From Felis catus (taxonomy: Eukaryota), in NCBI RefSeq assembly GCF_018350175.1, contig NC_058368.1, positions 63,180,001 through 63,244,000 on the forward strand: 64,000 nucleotides of DNA, written 5' to 3'. Under the pieces are notes generated by a model that was not told the DNA's origin, did not search any database, and saw nothing but the letters and a program-made list of their open reading frames with translations. Both the position numbers and the translations under genes were made by a program. Shown here piece by piece: positions 37,200 through 49,919 of the stretch; the first letter of the stretch is position 1; each line of letters starts with the position of its first letter.

Positions 37200-37650
37200 G
37201 TTGTATTTGCTGGTCTTCCCACTCTTTTTGTGTGTGCTTTTAACACTAAAGGGTTAATTTTCGTGTAGACAGATTTATCGATTTTTTTCTTTATGGTTTA
37301 CAATTTTTATGTTTCATTAAAAACACCTCTCCTTAGCCTAAGATAATAAAAATATTATCCTATGTTATCTTCTCAAGGTTTTTTGGTTTTGCCTTTCACA
37401 CTTGTGTCTTCTATCCAGCATGAATTAACATTTGTGTATGGTGTAGCAACTACTAGAAAACAATAATGATTTTAATACCATCTATAATAGCAACACAATT
37501 ATTAGATGCCTTGTAATAAATCTGATAACATATGTCCAAGATCTCTACAGGAAAGCTACAAAATATTGCTATGAGAAATTAAAGACATCAAGGTAAATTA
37601 AAAGATTCATGGATTAGAATTAGGAAACTAAATATTTTTAACATATCACT
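37200..37650. mobile_element. Old L1 ORF2 fragments in opposite orientations, junction ~37447
   Basis: 37200-37447 is antisense L1 (TATCTTCTCAAGGTTT...TTTGTGTATGGTGT); 37448-37650 is sense L1 (ATAAATCTGATAACATATGTCCAAGATCTCTAC...TCATGGATTAGAA). Confidence 0.6.
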
Positions 37651-38526
37651 TATTTGAAAGTTCTCTGACTTCCTGGAAGACTGGGTGCACGTGTCTCCAA
37701 TTGTTTGAACCCCAGACAGTGCTGAAATTCTAAGGTAAAGATAGGTCTAGCTCAGGTTGGACTGACCCCTGAACTGCAATTTGCAACACCCATGTTAATC
37801 CAAGAGAAAGAGTGTAGGAAAGAAAGCAATACTGAACTCCGGAAAACATACAAGTGAAGCGACTGCAGGGCGGGTGTAGGTATAAGACAACTGGATAGAA
37901 ATTTCAATGTTGAATCAGAGAAATATTAAGTATACACAGGAAGTTTGAGCTTGCAGAGATTTGAAGCCCTCGATGATAGCCATTGATGTTTTTACAAGTC
38001 ATGTAGGCTCCCAGCCAAGAATGGAGAAAAAACTCTCAGAGAGCACTGGCACTCCATTGCAATATATACACATTTTGTGTTTTATGGCAATTTATGATTT
38101 TTTTTCTAAGTGTGGAGAAAAATTCTCTAGGCGAAGGAATTAAGTGTAAATTATCAGGGACAAAAATAAACTATGTACACTGGTATAGAAAAAATGGACA
38201 GAAAAAATATATGGGATATTTTAATTACTGATGTAACTTAGGTATTCTAATGTAGGCAGATTTCAAAACAGAATCAGGTTCTACCTTGTATTTCTAGGCT
38301 GAGGACAGAAAACATAGCTCTTAAACTTTCCTATTATAGAGATGTCCAGTTTGTCATCGGTGATTCAAAATATAAAGTAAAAATTTCAAAACTGGACTAT
38401 AAGGAGACAATTTTGAATTAAAACACCAAAGAGCCAACTCTGATTCCTCCTGGCAAAAAATCTCCTTGCATTAAAAAGAAAATCTCAATTCGGAGGGGAG
38501 AATAGGTGAATTAGAAGATAAAATTA

Positions 38527-38726
38527 GGGGCATCTGGGTGGCTCAATCAGTTACATGTCCAACTTTGGCTCAGGTCATGATCTCATGGTTCATGGGTTCG
38601 GCTCCACATCAGGCTCTGTGCTGACAGCTCAGAGCCTGGAGCCTGCTTCGGATTCTGTGTCTCCCTCTCTCTCTCTGCCCCTCCCCCACTCATGCTCTGT
38701 CTCTCTAAAATATAAATATAAATTTA
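38527..38726 (+). mobile_element. CAN-SINE inserted in L1 ORF1
   Basis: TSD AAAATTA; ORF1 reads through once the SINE is removed (GAAGATAAAATTATGGAAAA). Confidence 0.92.
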
Positions 38727-38732
38727 AAAATT

Positions 38733-39305
38733 ATGGAAAAGAGGAAGATGAGAAAAAGAGAGATAAAAAAAATCCAGAAGTATGAGGGGAGAATTAGAGA
38801 ACTAAGTGATGCAATCAAACGGAATAATATCCGTATCATAGGAATTCCAGAAGAAGAAGAGAGAGAGAAAGGGGCTGAAGGTGTACTTGAACAAATCATA
38901 GCTGAGAACTTCCCTGATGTGGGGAAGGAAAAAGGCAATGAAATCCAAGAGGCAGAGAGAACTCCCTTCAGACATAACCTGAATCACTCTTCTGCACAAC
39001 ATATCATAGTCAAACTGGTGAAACACAAGGATAAAGAGAGAATTCTGAAAGCAGCTAGGGATAAACACCCTCTAACATGTAAAGGGAGACCAATAAGACT
39101 ACTGACAGACCTATCTACTGAATCTTGGCAGGCCAGAAAGGGATGGCAAGAAATCTTCAATGTGAGGAACAGAAAAAATATCCAACAAGTCTGTGATTCA
39201 GAATAGAAGGAGAGATAAAGGTTTTCCCAAACAAACAAAAACTGAAGGAATTCATCACCACTAAACCAGCCCTACAAGACATCCTAAGGTGGACTCTGTG
39301 AGTGA
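38733..39305 (+). pseudogene. L1 ORF1p remnant (RRM/CTD region)
   Basis: RELSDAIKRNNIRIIGIPEEEE...IIAENFP...KERILKAAR...GRPIRLLTDLS; frameshifted. Confidence 0.93.
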
Positions 39306-39369
39306 AATGTTGCAAGGACCACAAAGTACCAGAGACAACACTACAAGCATGAAATCTGCAGATATCACG

Positions 39370-42300
39370 ATGACTCTAAACCCATATCTTTCAATAATAA
39401 CACTGAATGTACATGGACTAAATGCTCCAACCAAAACACATAGGGTATCAGAATGGATAAAAAAAAACAAGACCCATCTATTTGCTGTCTACAAGAGACT
39501 CGTTTTAGACCTGAGGACACCTTCAGACTGAAATGAGGGGATGGAGAACTATCTATCATGCTACTTGAAGTCAAAAGAGCACTGGAATAGCCATATTTAT
39601 ATCAGACAAACTAGACTTTAAATTACAGGCTGTAACAAGAGATGAAGAAGGGCATTATATAATAATTACAGGGTCTAACCATCAGGAAGAGCCAACAATT
39701 TTAAATGTCTATGCACTGAATTCAAAAGCACCCAAATATATAAAACCATTAATCACAAACATAAGCAACCTTATTGATAAGAATGTGGTAATTACAGGGT
39801 ACTTTAATACTCCACTTACAACAATGGATAGACCATATAGAAAGAGAATCAATAAAGAAACAAGGGCCCTGAATGATACATTGGAACAGATGGACTTGAC
39901 AGATATATTTAGAACTCTGCATCCCAAAGCAACGGAATATACTTTCTTCTTGAGTGCACATGGAACATTCTCCAAGATAGATCACATACTGGGTCACAAA
40001 ACAGCCCTTCATAAGTATAAAATAATTGAGATCATAGAATGCACACTTTCAGACTGCAATGCTATGAAACTTGAAATCAACCTCAGGAAAAAGTCTGGAA
40101 AACCTCCAAAAGCATGGAGGCTGAAGAACATCCTACTAAAGAATGAATGGCTCAACCAGGCAATTAGAGAAGAAATTTAAAAATATATTGCAACAAATGA
40201 AAATGAAAATCCAACAATCCAAACACTTTGGGATGCAGCGAAGGCAGTCCTGAGAGGAAAATACATTGCAATCGAGGCCTATCTCAAGAAACAAGAAAAA
40301 TCCCAAATACAAAATCTAACAGCACACCTAAAGGAAATAGAAGCAGAACAGCAAAGACACCCCAAACCCAGTAGAAGAAGAGAAATAATAATGATCAGAG
40401 TAGAAATAAACAATATAGAATCTAAAAAAACTGTAGAGCAGATCAATGAAACCAAGAGTTGGTTTTTTGATAAACCTCTAGCCAGGCTTCTCAAAAAGAA
40501 AAGGGAGATGACCCAAATAGATAAAATCATGAATGAAAATGGAATTATTACAACCAATCCCTCAGAAATACAATTATCAGGGAATACTATGAAAAATTAT
40601 ATGCCAACAAACTGGACAACCTGGAAGAAATGGACAAATTCCTAAGCACCCACACACTTCCAAAACTCAAACAGGAAGAAATAGAAAACTTGAACAGACC
40701 CATAACCAGTGACAAAATTGAATCAGTTATCAAAAATCTCCTAACAAATAAGAGTTCAGGACCAAATGGCTTCCCAGGGTAATTCTACCAGACATTTAAA
40801 GCAGAGATAATATCTATCCTGCTCAAGCTGTTCCAAAAAATAGGAAGGGAAGGAAAACTTCCAGACTCATTCTATGAAGTCAGCATTACTTTGATTCCGA
40901 AACCAGAGACCCAGTAAAAAAGAGAACTACAGCCCAATATCCCTGATGAATATGGATGCAAAAATTCTCAATAAGATACTAGCAAATCGAATTCAACAGC
41001 ATATAAAAAGAATTATTCACCATGATCAAGTGGGATTCATTCCTGGCCTGCAGGGCTGTCTTAACATTTGCAAATCAATCAATGTGATACATCACATTTA
41101 TAAAAGAAAAGATGAGAACCATATGATCCTGTCAATTGATGCAGAAAAAGCATTTGACAAAATTCACCATCCTTTCTTAATAAAAACCTTCGAGAAAATC
41201 GGGATAGAAGGAACATACTTAAACATCATAAAAGCCATTTATGAAAAGCCCGCAGTTAATATCATCCTCCATGGGGAAAAATTGAGAGCTTTCCCCCTGA
41301 GATCAGGAACACGACAGGGATGTCCACTCTCACCGCTGTTGTTTAAGATAGTGTTGGAAGTGCTAGCATCAGCAAGTAGACAACAGAAAGAAATCAAAGG
41401 CATCAAAATTGGCAAAGATGAAGTCAAGCTTTCACTTTTTGCAGATGACATGATATGATACATGGAAAACCCGAAAGACTCCACCAAAAGTCTACTAGAA
41501 CTGATACATTAATTCAGCAAAGTTGCAGGATTATGTACAGAAATCAGTTTCATTTTTATACACCAATAATGAAGCAACAGAAAGACAAAGAAACTGATCC
41601 CATTCACAATTGCACCAAGAAGCATAAAATACCTAGGAATAAACCTAACCAAAGATGTAAAAGGTCTGTATGCTGAAAACTATAGAAAACTTATGAAGGA
41701 AATTGAAGAAGTTACAAAGAAATGGAAAAACATTCCATGCTCATGGATTGGAAGAATAAATATTGTTAAAATGTCAATACTACCCAAAGCTATCTACACA
41801 TTCAGTGTAATCCCAATCACAACTGCACCAGCATTCTTCTCGAAGCTAGAACAAGCAATCCTAAAATTTGTATGGAACCACAAAAGATCCTGAATAGCCA
41901 AAGTAATTTTGAAGAAGACCAAAGTGGGAGGCATCACAATCCCAGACTTTAGCCTCTACTACAAAGCTGTCATCATCAAGACAGCATGGTATTGGCACAA
42001 AAACAGACACATAGACCAATGGAATAGAATAGAAACCCCAGAACTGGACCCACAAAAGTATGGCCAACTAATCTTTGGCAAAGCGGGAAAGAACATCCAA
42101 TGGAAAAAAGACAGTCTCTTTAACAAATGGTGCTGGGACAACTGGACAGCAACATGCAGAAGGATGAAACTAGACCACTTTCTTATACCATTCACAAAAA
42201 TAAACTCAAAATGGATAAAGGACCTGAAGGTGAGACAGGAAACCATCAAAACCCTGGAGGAGAAAGCAGGAAAAACCCTCTCTGACCTCATCCACAGCAA

Positions 42301-43145
42301 TTCCTTACTTGACACATCCCCAAAGGCAAGGGAATTAAAAGCAAAAATGAACTATTGGGACCTCATCAAGATAAAAAGCTTCTGCACAGCAAAGGAAACA
42401 ATCAACAAAACTAAAAGGTAACTGAAGGAATGGGAAAAGATATTTGCAAATGATATATTGGACAAAGGGCTAGTATCCAAAATCTATAAAGAGCTTACCA
42501 AACTCCACACCTGAAAAACAATCCAGTGAAGAAATGGGCAGAAGACATGAATAGACACTTCTCTAAAGACATCCATATGGCCAACAGGCACATGAAAAGA
42601 TGCTAAATGTCACTCCTCATCAGGGAAATACAAATCAAAACCACACTGAGATACCACCTCACGCCAGTCAGAGTGGCTAAAATGAACAAATCAGGAGACT
42701 ATAGATGCTGGAGAGGATGTGGAGAAATGGGAACCTTCTTGCACTCTTGTTAGGAAGGCAAACTGGTACAGCTAGTCTGGAAACAGTGTGGAGGTTCCTC
42801 AAAAAATTAAAAATAGATCTACCCTATGACCTAGCAATAGCACTGCTAGGAATTTACCCAAGGGATACAGGAGTGCTGATGCATAGAGGCACTTGTACCC
42901 CAATGTTTATAGCAGCTCTTTCAACAATAGCCAAATTACAGAAAGAGCCTAAATGCCCATGAACTGACGAATGGATAAAGAAGATGTGGTTTATATATAC
43001 AATGGAATATTACTTGGCAGTGAGAAAGAATGAAATCTGGCCATTTGTAGCAACGTGGATGGAACTGGAGAGTATTGTGCTACGTGAAATAAGTCAGGCA
43101 GAGAAAGACGGATACAATATGTTTTCACTCATACGTGGATCCTGA
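39370..43145 (+). pseudogene. L1 ORF2p remnant (endonuclease + RT + Cys-rich), multiple stops and frameshifts
   Basis: [77 protein letters not shown]. Confidence 0.96.
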
Positions 43146-43405
43146 GAAACTCAACAGAAGACCAGGTGGAGAGGAAGGGGGGAAAACAAAAGTTACAGAG
43201 AGGGAAGTAGACAAACCATAAGAGACTCTTAAATGCTGAGAACAAATTGAGGGTTGATGGGGGTGGGGGAGAGGGGAAAGTGGGTGATAGGCATTGAGGA
43301 GGCCACCTGTTGGGATGAGCACTGGGTGTTGTATGGAAACCAATTTGACAATAAATTATATATAAAAAGGAAAAGAAAATCTCAAGCAAATTTTCATTGA
43401 TTTTA

Positions 43406-43632
43406 TTTATTTATTTTTTTTTTCTCAACGTTTTTATTTTTATTTTTGGGACAGAGAGAGACAGAGCATGAACGGGGGAGAGGCAGAGAGAGAGGGAGAC
43501 ACAGAATCAGAAACAGGCTCCAGGCTCCAAGCCATCAGCCCAGAGCCTGACGCGGGGCTCGAACTCACGGACCGTGAGATCGTGACCTGGCTGAAGTCGG
43601 ACGCTTAACCGACTGTGCCACCCAGGCGCCCC
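43406..43632 (-). mobile_element. Young felid SINE (SINEC_Fc type)
   Basis: CpG-rich head GGGGCGCCTGGGTGGCACAGTCGGTTAAGCGTCCGACTTCAGCCAGGTCACG; perfect 12-bp TSD TCATTGATTTTA (43394-43405/43633-43644). Confidence 0.96.
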
Positions 43633-44204
43633 TCATTGATTTTAAATGTGATGATCTCTGTTAAAAATGTTCTCTATAATATTTTAAAATAAAAGTAAAT
43701 GTTGTAAATGAAACTTACTGCTGTCATAAACAAAAATACCAACCTCATCAGAATAGATGAAGAAAAAATTTGAACCCTATGTTTGATAGGCATATGTTGA
43801 TTAGATAGATAGATACATAGATATTTAGGTAGGTAGATATTTACTAATCAATTTTTAGTTTGTTTTTTAAAAACTATTTTATCATATTAGTGTTTCAGTT
43901 GATCCTCTCAATGAAAAGAAATTCGCACTCCTAGCAGGTACAAAGGTGACAACCTAAGATCTATCCTGTGTTTCCCTAGCCAGGTCACACGTCCTAGCTT
44001 AGGACTACATCCTGGAGACAGCAGCATCTTTTTCTAATTCACACCAAGGCTAGCAGCAGATTTGATAGCTCTATAATAACTCCAGTGTCTGCATGGCTCA
44101 TGATACAAAGTGAGAGATAATACATAACATCACATGGCATCTGATACCCCTTTACATTAAGAGGAAATACTTGTGCATGTGTGCATGCGTGCATGGATAT
44201 GTGG

Positions 44205-44850
44205 ACTAAATAGCAATTAAGCATCTAGTGTGCAGCACTGCTCTTCTAGGTGTAGTAGACACAGCCCAGAGCAAAACAGAAAGAAATCTCTATTCTCATG
44301 GAGCTCATATTGTAGTGAGGAGAGGCAGATTCTAAATGGGACAAATTAGTAAAACAAAGCACTAAGAAAACATTGTGATACATAAATGATAAGAAAAAAA
44401 AATAAAGCAAGGAAAGGGGATAAAGTATGGGAAAGGTGAGGAGGGCATTACAATTTTGGAGACTGTGTCCAGCGAAGGCTAACACAAAAGATAGCATTTT
44501 AAAAAAAATTTTAAATGTTTATCTTTGTTTGTAAGAGAGAAAGAGAGAGAGCATGAATGAGGGCGAGGCAGAGAGGGAGACACAGAACCCAAGGCAAGCT
44601 CCAGGCTCTGAGCTGTCAGCACAGAGCCTGACACAGGGTTCGAACTCACAAACTGTGAGATCATGACCTGAGCTGATGTCTCAGAGGTTTAACCCACTGA
44701 GCCACCCAGGCACTCTACAAAAGGTAGCATTTGATTAAAAACTTAAAGGAAATAAGGAAAGAGTCCTGCACTTACCTGTGGGAAAGAGTGGTCCAGGTAG
44801 AAACCGGATAATGTGCAAAGGCCCTAAGGTGGGATTATATCTGGTGAGTT
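44205..44850 (-). mobile_element. L2 3' fragment interrupted by a SINE
   Basis: AATTAAGCATCTAGTGTGCAGCACTGCTCT...TTCTCATGGAGCTCATATTGTAGTG...TGCAAAGGCCCTAAGGTGGGA. Confidence 0.7.
44500..44716 (-). mobile_element. CAN-SINE
   Basis: TSD ACAAAAG(A/G)TAGCATTT (44484-44499/44717-44732). Confidence 0.95.
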
Positions 44851-44869
44851 GGAGAGTTGTACTAGCAGG

Positions 44870-45090
44870 CATATATAGCAGTTACAATATGCAAAGCACT
44901 ACTCTATTTTACAGAAAACACTCATTTAGTCCTCCAGAAACCCTATAATACAGTGGCTGCTATTATTCCCATTTTATAGGTGAGTGAAGTGTGGCATAGG
45001 TAGTTAGGTAACTTGCTCAAAATCACGCAACTATTCAAACCCCAGAAGTTTGGCTCGAGGGCTGATGTTCATAGTCACTCTACTGTAGTA
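44870..45090 (-). mobile_element. MIR
   Basis: TATTATTCCCATTTTATAGGTGAGTGAAG...GTTAGGTAACTTGCTCAA. Confidence 0.75.
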
Positions 45091-45244
45091 TGCCTTAATA
45101 ACTTAGCAATTTTAATCACCAATGAATGCAGATTATGACTATATTTACATTAAAATTAAAAAGAAGAAAAAAGTTTAACAATCCAGTAAAATTGATCATC
45201 CCATCGGGCCAACCCAGAAAATCCATAGCAAAGTAGATATCCAT

Positions 45245-45395
45245 CCATTTCTCATTTCTATAAAATGGGGTTAATAACACCAATGACTTCACAATGCCGA
45301 TGGAAGGATTACATGAGTTAATATATGTATAACCCTTAGACCAGTACCTGGTCCATAATAAGTATTATGTTTTTGCTGCTATTAACATTATCATT
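45245..45395 (+). mobile_element. MIR
   Basis: TTTCTCATTTCTATAAAATGGGGTTAATAA...GGATTACATGAGTTAATATATGTA. Confidence 0.75.
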
Positions 45396-46537
45396 ATATG
45401 CCATTTAGATTTATTGAGGAAGTTCATTCATTTCTCTTCCATTTCAATTAAAAAAGATGAACAAATTGTGACTTCTTAAACACGTTTCTTTTTATTGTGA
45501 CTCAGCATAAAAATGTTTATAACAAGCCTCTTTCTGTCATTCAGAAAGAAATGAAAAGTATACTGTGAGAGTTAATGCATTATACTTAATATAGAGAAAA
45601 TGTTGAGGTTGTGCTAAATTATTTAGCCACTTCCCTGAAAAGTACGCTCCTGCAAACTTTCTTTCCTCTACTCATTACTACCATGAAAATTGAAGTAGAT
45701 TTAATTTCATATTCCCCGTCTATAATTATCATCATCTTTCTGAGAAAATGTTTTAGTATTCACTCATATCTGACAGTAAAACCCTGATAACATATAAAGA
45801 TCTATGACACGTGTAATTTTTTCCTTATTATAGGAGAGTTTAGGGCCTTGACTTAATTACATACAAGGGACAGGAAATTGAACCATAGCTGTAGTTAGCC
45901 AGACTGTTACCAATTACTGTTTGCAGGGAACATGTCCTAACCACGATTTCATTTCCGAGCCTCCACATCCAAACTGCCATGAGATTGCCTTTGAGCTCTT
46001 CAGACATATTAGGCAAGGTGTTTTCTACAGAGAACATTACCTTCACCCTTTATTCAAATGACAAAAGAATCTGCCAAAGACCTAAATTGCTATGTAACCA
46101 GCTTGGTTGACACACTCAGCAGAGTTGGCAAGACAGAACAAATGTGATAACAAATATCCACTCCTGATGCTGCCCTTTAAGGGAAAACACTTTGGCTCTA
46201 TTTCATGCTTATCATGAGCCTGGGCAGGGGAAAAGTCCATGCAGAAAATACCTGATGAGTACGAAAGTGCCTTGAAATGTCAGTATAAGACCATTATGTT
46301 AAGGAATTCTGAATATGGAAATTCTATCTCAGACCTCATAACAGTTTTAGTTACCATAATGATCTCATTATGAGTGATTTTACCAAAAAATAATTCTACT
46401 ATGTGAATTCAAAGCTGATATGGTTATTTTGAAAGCTCATTTTGAAAGCTTCAATAGAGATTGTAATTTTCAGTTACTATAGATACTTTTTAAAATCTGA
46501 AATTCAACTATACTATTCTAATTAAAGAGTGAAGCAG

Positions 46538-46753
46538 GGGGTGCCTGAGTGGCTTAGTCAGTTAAGTGTCTGACTCTTGGTTTCAGCTCAGGTCATGATC
46601 TTAAGGTTCATGAGTTTGAGCCCCTCGAGTCCCACATCAGGCTCTGCACTGATAGTGTGGAGCCTGCCTGGGATTCTCTCCTTTCCCTCTGTCTCTGCCC
46701 CTACCTGGCATATTCTGTCCCTCTCTTCAAAAAAAAATTAATTAAAATATTTT
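46538..46753 (+). mobile_element. CAN-SINE
   Basis: TSD AAA(G/A)AGTGA(A/T)GCAG. Confidence 0.93.
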
Positions 46754-47476
46754 AAAAAGTGATGCAGTAATTATGAATTGATATTATGATTTAAAACAAC
46801 ACGGACAACACTTGGTAAAAAGATCAAACTATAAAATCTGTCTCTGAAATTAGAGAGAGAAGATTCTTTTTTATAACCAGGAAAGCACATTTTAATAAGT
46901 TTTCATAACTTGTTTCTGATTAACGTTTTTCAAACATTTTCCAATTTGTATTCCCCTAAGGGATGCTACAGAGTTTCTCCAGAACCTATTCAGAGCAGTG
47001 GTACTTAACTTGCTTTGATCTTTCAAAACCTCAAGAACCTTAAAACTAAAGATTAAGGTATGGATAATATACATACAGAAAGATATGCATATGATAAAAG
47101 GGGTTGATTCCAGATATCAGAAAAAAATATTCTTGACTCCACTCTTGATTTTCCTTTATTCAGTATTTTAAAAACATTATTCAAAAGGCATTTTCTGTGG
47201 TTTCCATTTTGTTAATTTATGGGCCCAAAAACTGATGTGTTTGACTACAACTCATAACAGTGTTTGAATCTCTTCACCATCTCTGAAGTTTCACTGCGTA
47301 TGATACGACATAATCTGGCATTTAATTTGTTTGGAATTGGAAATTCACTATAATTCTGTCATGGCAAAAGGTTCAAGGCTTCCAAAACCATTCTAGAAAG
47401 ACTGTCTCTTCTCAGTTCATTATCTTTGCTAATATCTGTAGTGACTATTACTAGGAAATTAGTAATCTATTCAGGG

Positions 47477-47945
47477 AAGTGGCCCCTTGTCCATAGGGGA
47501 TACATTCTAAGACCTCCAGTGGATGACTGAAACCAGTTAGTACTGAATCCTATACATACAATGTTTTTTTCCTATACATAAATATCTATGATAAAGTTTA
47601 ATTTATAAATTAGCTAAGTAAGAGATTAACAAGTGTAACTAATAATAAAAGATAAATATTATAGCAATATACTGTAATAGAAGTTATGTGAATATGGTCT
47701 CTCTCTCTCCCTAAATATATCTTATTGTACTGTACTCACCTCACTTCTTATGATAATGTGAGATGATAAAATGCCTACTTGATGAAATCAAGTGAGGTGA
47801 ATGACATGGGAATTATGACGTAGTGTTAGGCTACCACTGATCTCCTGACGATATGTCAGAAGGAGGATCATCTGCCTCTGGACCACAGTTGACGTTGAGT
47901 AACTAAGACCGCAGAAAGCAAAACTGGAGATTGGTGGGACTACCA
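47477..47945 (+). mobile_element. TcMar-Tigger non-autonomous element (MER44 family)
   Basis: GGGGATACATTCTAAGACCTCCAGTGGATG...TATGATAAAGTTTAATTTATAAATTAG...GTCAGAAGGAGGATCATCTGC...GGGACTAC terminal repeat. Confidence 0.85.
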
Positions 47946-48570
47946 TATAGTGTTTCTGGAGGCAAGAGAAAACTACAAAAATCCATAACACCCACCATAT
48001 CCCAGGTCCTCTCTAATATATTTAACAAAGAAATACACTCATCTATTTAGAAATTGAAAAGGCACATAATTAATTTTAATTGCAATCACGAAATTCCACA
48101 CAGAATTGGGAAGAAAAATGTTTCCAAATCTCTATCATAGTTTAGAAAATTTTAAAAGCATAATCCCTTCCTGGTGTCTAGATAGACATTGGAAGACAAC
48201 TCTTTTCTGCTCATGGATCTTCAAAATCATTGAGAGAAATGACAGTGCCCAGCTCCCCAGAGATTCAATTTCAGAAGAACCCAAGGCCAGGGCCCTCTGA
48301 AAAACACTCACTTATTTTAATTCATTCTGTCTTCTCTATTTCTTCCCCTTGGAGCCAACTGGTTAAACTATATTACTTCATTTCATTCTGAAAAACTGCT
48401 TTCACATCTATTCCTGCATACATCCTAAAGCTCTTGAGTCCTCTAGATTTTGGATCTTGATATTTATAGAATGGACTTGGGAATTCAGAGAGTCTTTTTC
48501 TCTTGAGTCTGATCCTTACAAATGAAAGTCTGACTTTCATGACTGTTTCTGCAGTACACTTTAAAAATGG

Positions 48571-49381
48571 TGTGGTATAATACAAAAATATATTTGGTCT
48601 TTGTCCTTAGTTCCTGATATAGACCTCCAAAACCCCTTGAACTTTCCTGAGCAAAAGGATTGTCCTTTTAATTCATAACCAGCTCTCTTGGGTCACATCT
48701 GAGTTTATGATAATGAGGTGGCTTAGGTATGGTCCCTCTTCAGCCTTGGGATGGGAGAACAGTCATAAGAAAGACTAAGTGATTAGCGAGTTGGAACCTT
48801 GATCAGCTCCACTCCTGACCTCCTGGGGGGAGGGGTGAAGGGGACTGGAGAGTGACCTCTATAAAAACTGAATAATGAGATTCTTCAGAGAGATTCTAGG
48901 TTGGTAAACACATCAAAGTGCTAAAAGAAAAGATTGTTCCCCCAGAGAAGGGAAGCTTCACACAACTACTCCCCCATATCTTGGACTGCGCATCTCTTTA
49001 ATTAGTTGTTCTTGCAGTGTATCCTTTATAACAAACCAATACATATAAGTGAAGTTAACGCACAGAAAATTTTGTTCCTGAGTTCTGTGAGCCTTTCTAC
49101 CAAAGTGTTGAAACTGAGGAGGGGGTGTAGGAACCCCTGCTATATAGCCAGTTGTCAGAAGGTTGTTGGAACCCCTACTACTTAGCCAGTTGTCAGAGGT
49201 AGCCCAGAACTTGTGACTGGCATCTGAAGTGGAGGCAGTCTTGTGAAACAGAGTCCTTAACCTGTGGAGTTTGTGCTAACTCCAGGTAGTTAGTGTCAGA
49301 ATTGAGTTGAATTCCTGGGTAGCACTTGGTGTCTGGAAAATCATAGAACTGGTTGTTGGTGTCAAAAAATACCTTAGAACA
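48571..49381 (+). mobile_element. Solo LTR (MER21-like)
   Basis: TGTGGTATAAT...ATATATTTGGTCTTTGTCC...CTTGTGACTGGCATCTGAAGTGG...TAGTGTCAGAATTGAGTTGAATT; internal 30-bp duplication at 49130-49197. Confidence 0.8.
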
Positions 49382-49539
49382 TGGTGATTCAGAAAATCTA
49401 AACTAAGCAATGCCTTCATCATTCTTTGCTGTATTGCCACTGCACCCCTTCCCCATTTCTATCCCAAAAATGTATGTTTCAACATCAATAAATGGAGCTC
49501 CAATAAAGCTTGAGTATTACTTGAGGTGGAAACTAATTT

Positions 49540-49919
49540 TGTTATGGACTGAATTGTATCCCTCTAAAATTCATATGTTGAAGCCCTAATCTCCAATGTG
49601 ACCGCGTTTGGAGATAGGGACTTTAGGAGGGTAATTAAAGTTAAATGAAGCCATAAGGGTAGGATCTGAAGCCAGTAGGGCTGATGTCCTTATAAGAGAG
49701 GCAGCTTTAATGTCTCTCCCTCTCTGCACACACCCAGAGGACAGGCCACATGAGAATACAGCAAAGGAGCTGCTGTCTGCAAGGCAGGAAAAGGACTCTT
49801 GCCAGAAACCAAACCAAATTTGCCACCAACTTGATTTAACACTTGTAGTCTCCAGAACTGTGAGAAAATTGTTTAAGCTACCAGTCTATTTTATTCTATA
49901 ATGGCAGCAGACTAGTACA
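49540..49919 (+). mobile_element. MaLR LTR (MLT1A-like)
   Basis: TGTTATGGACTGAATTGTATCCCTCTAAAATTCATATGTTGAAGCCCTAA...GACTAGTACA. Confidence 0.88.

Larger units (their letters stand above)
38489..43370 (+). mobile_element. 5'-truncated felid LINE-1 (L1_Fc-like), ~4.9 kb
   Basis: 15-bp TSD AAAAGAAAATCTCAA (38474-38488/43371-43385) at a TT/AAAA site; ORF1 3' half, full-span ORF2, G-rich 3' UTR, AATAAA. Confidence 0.97.
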
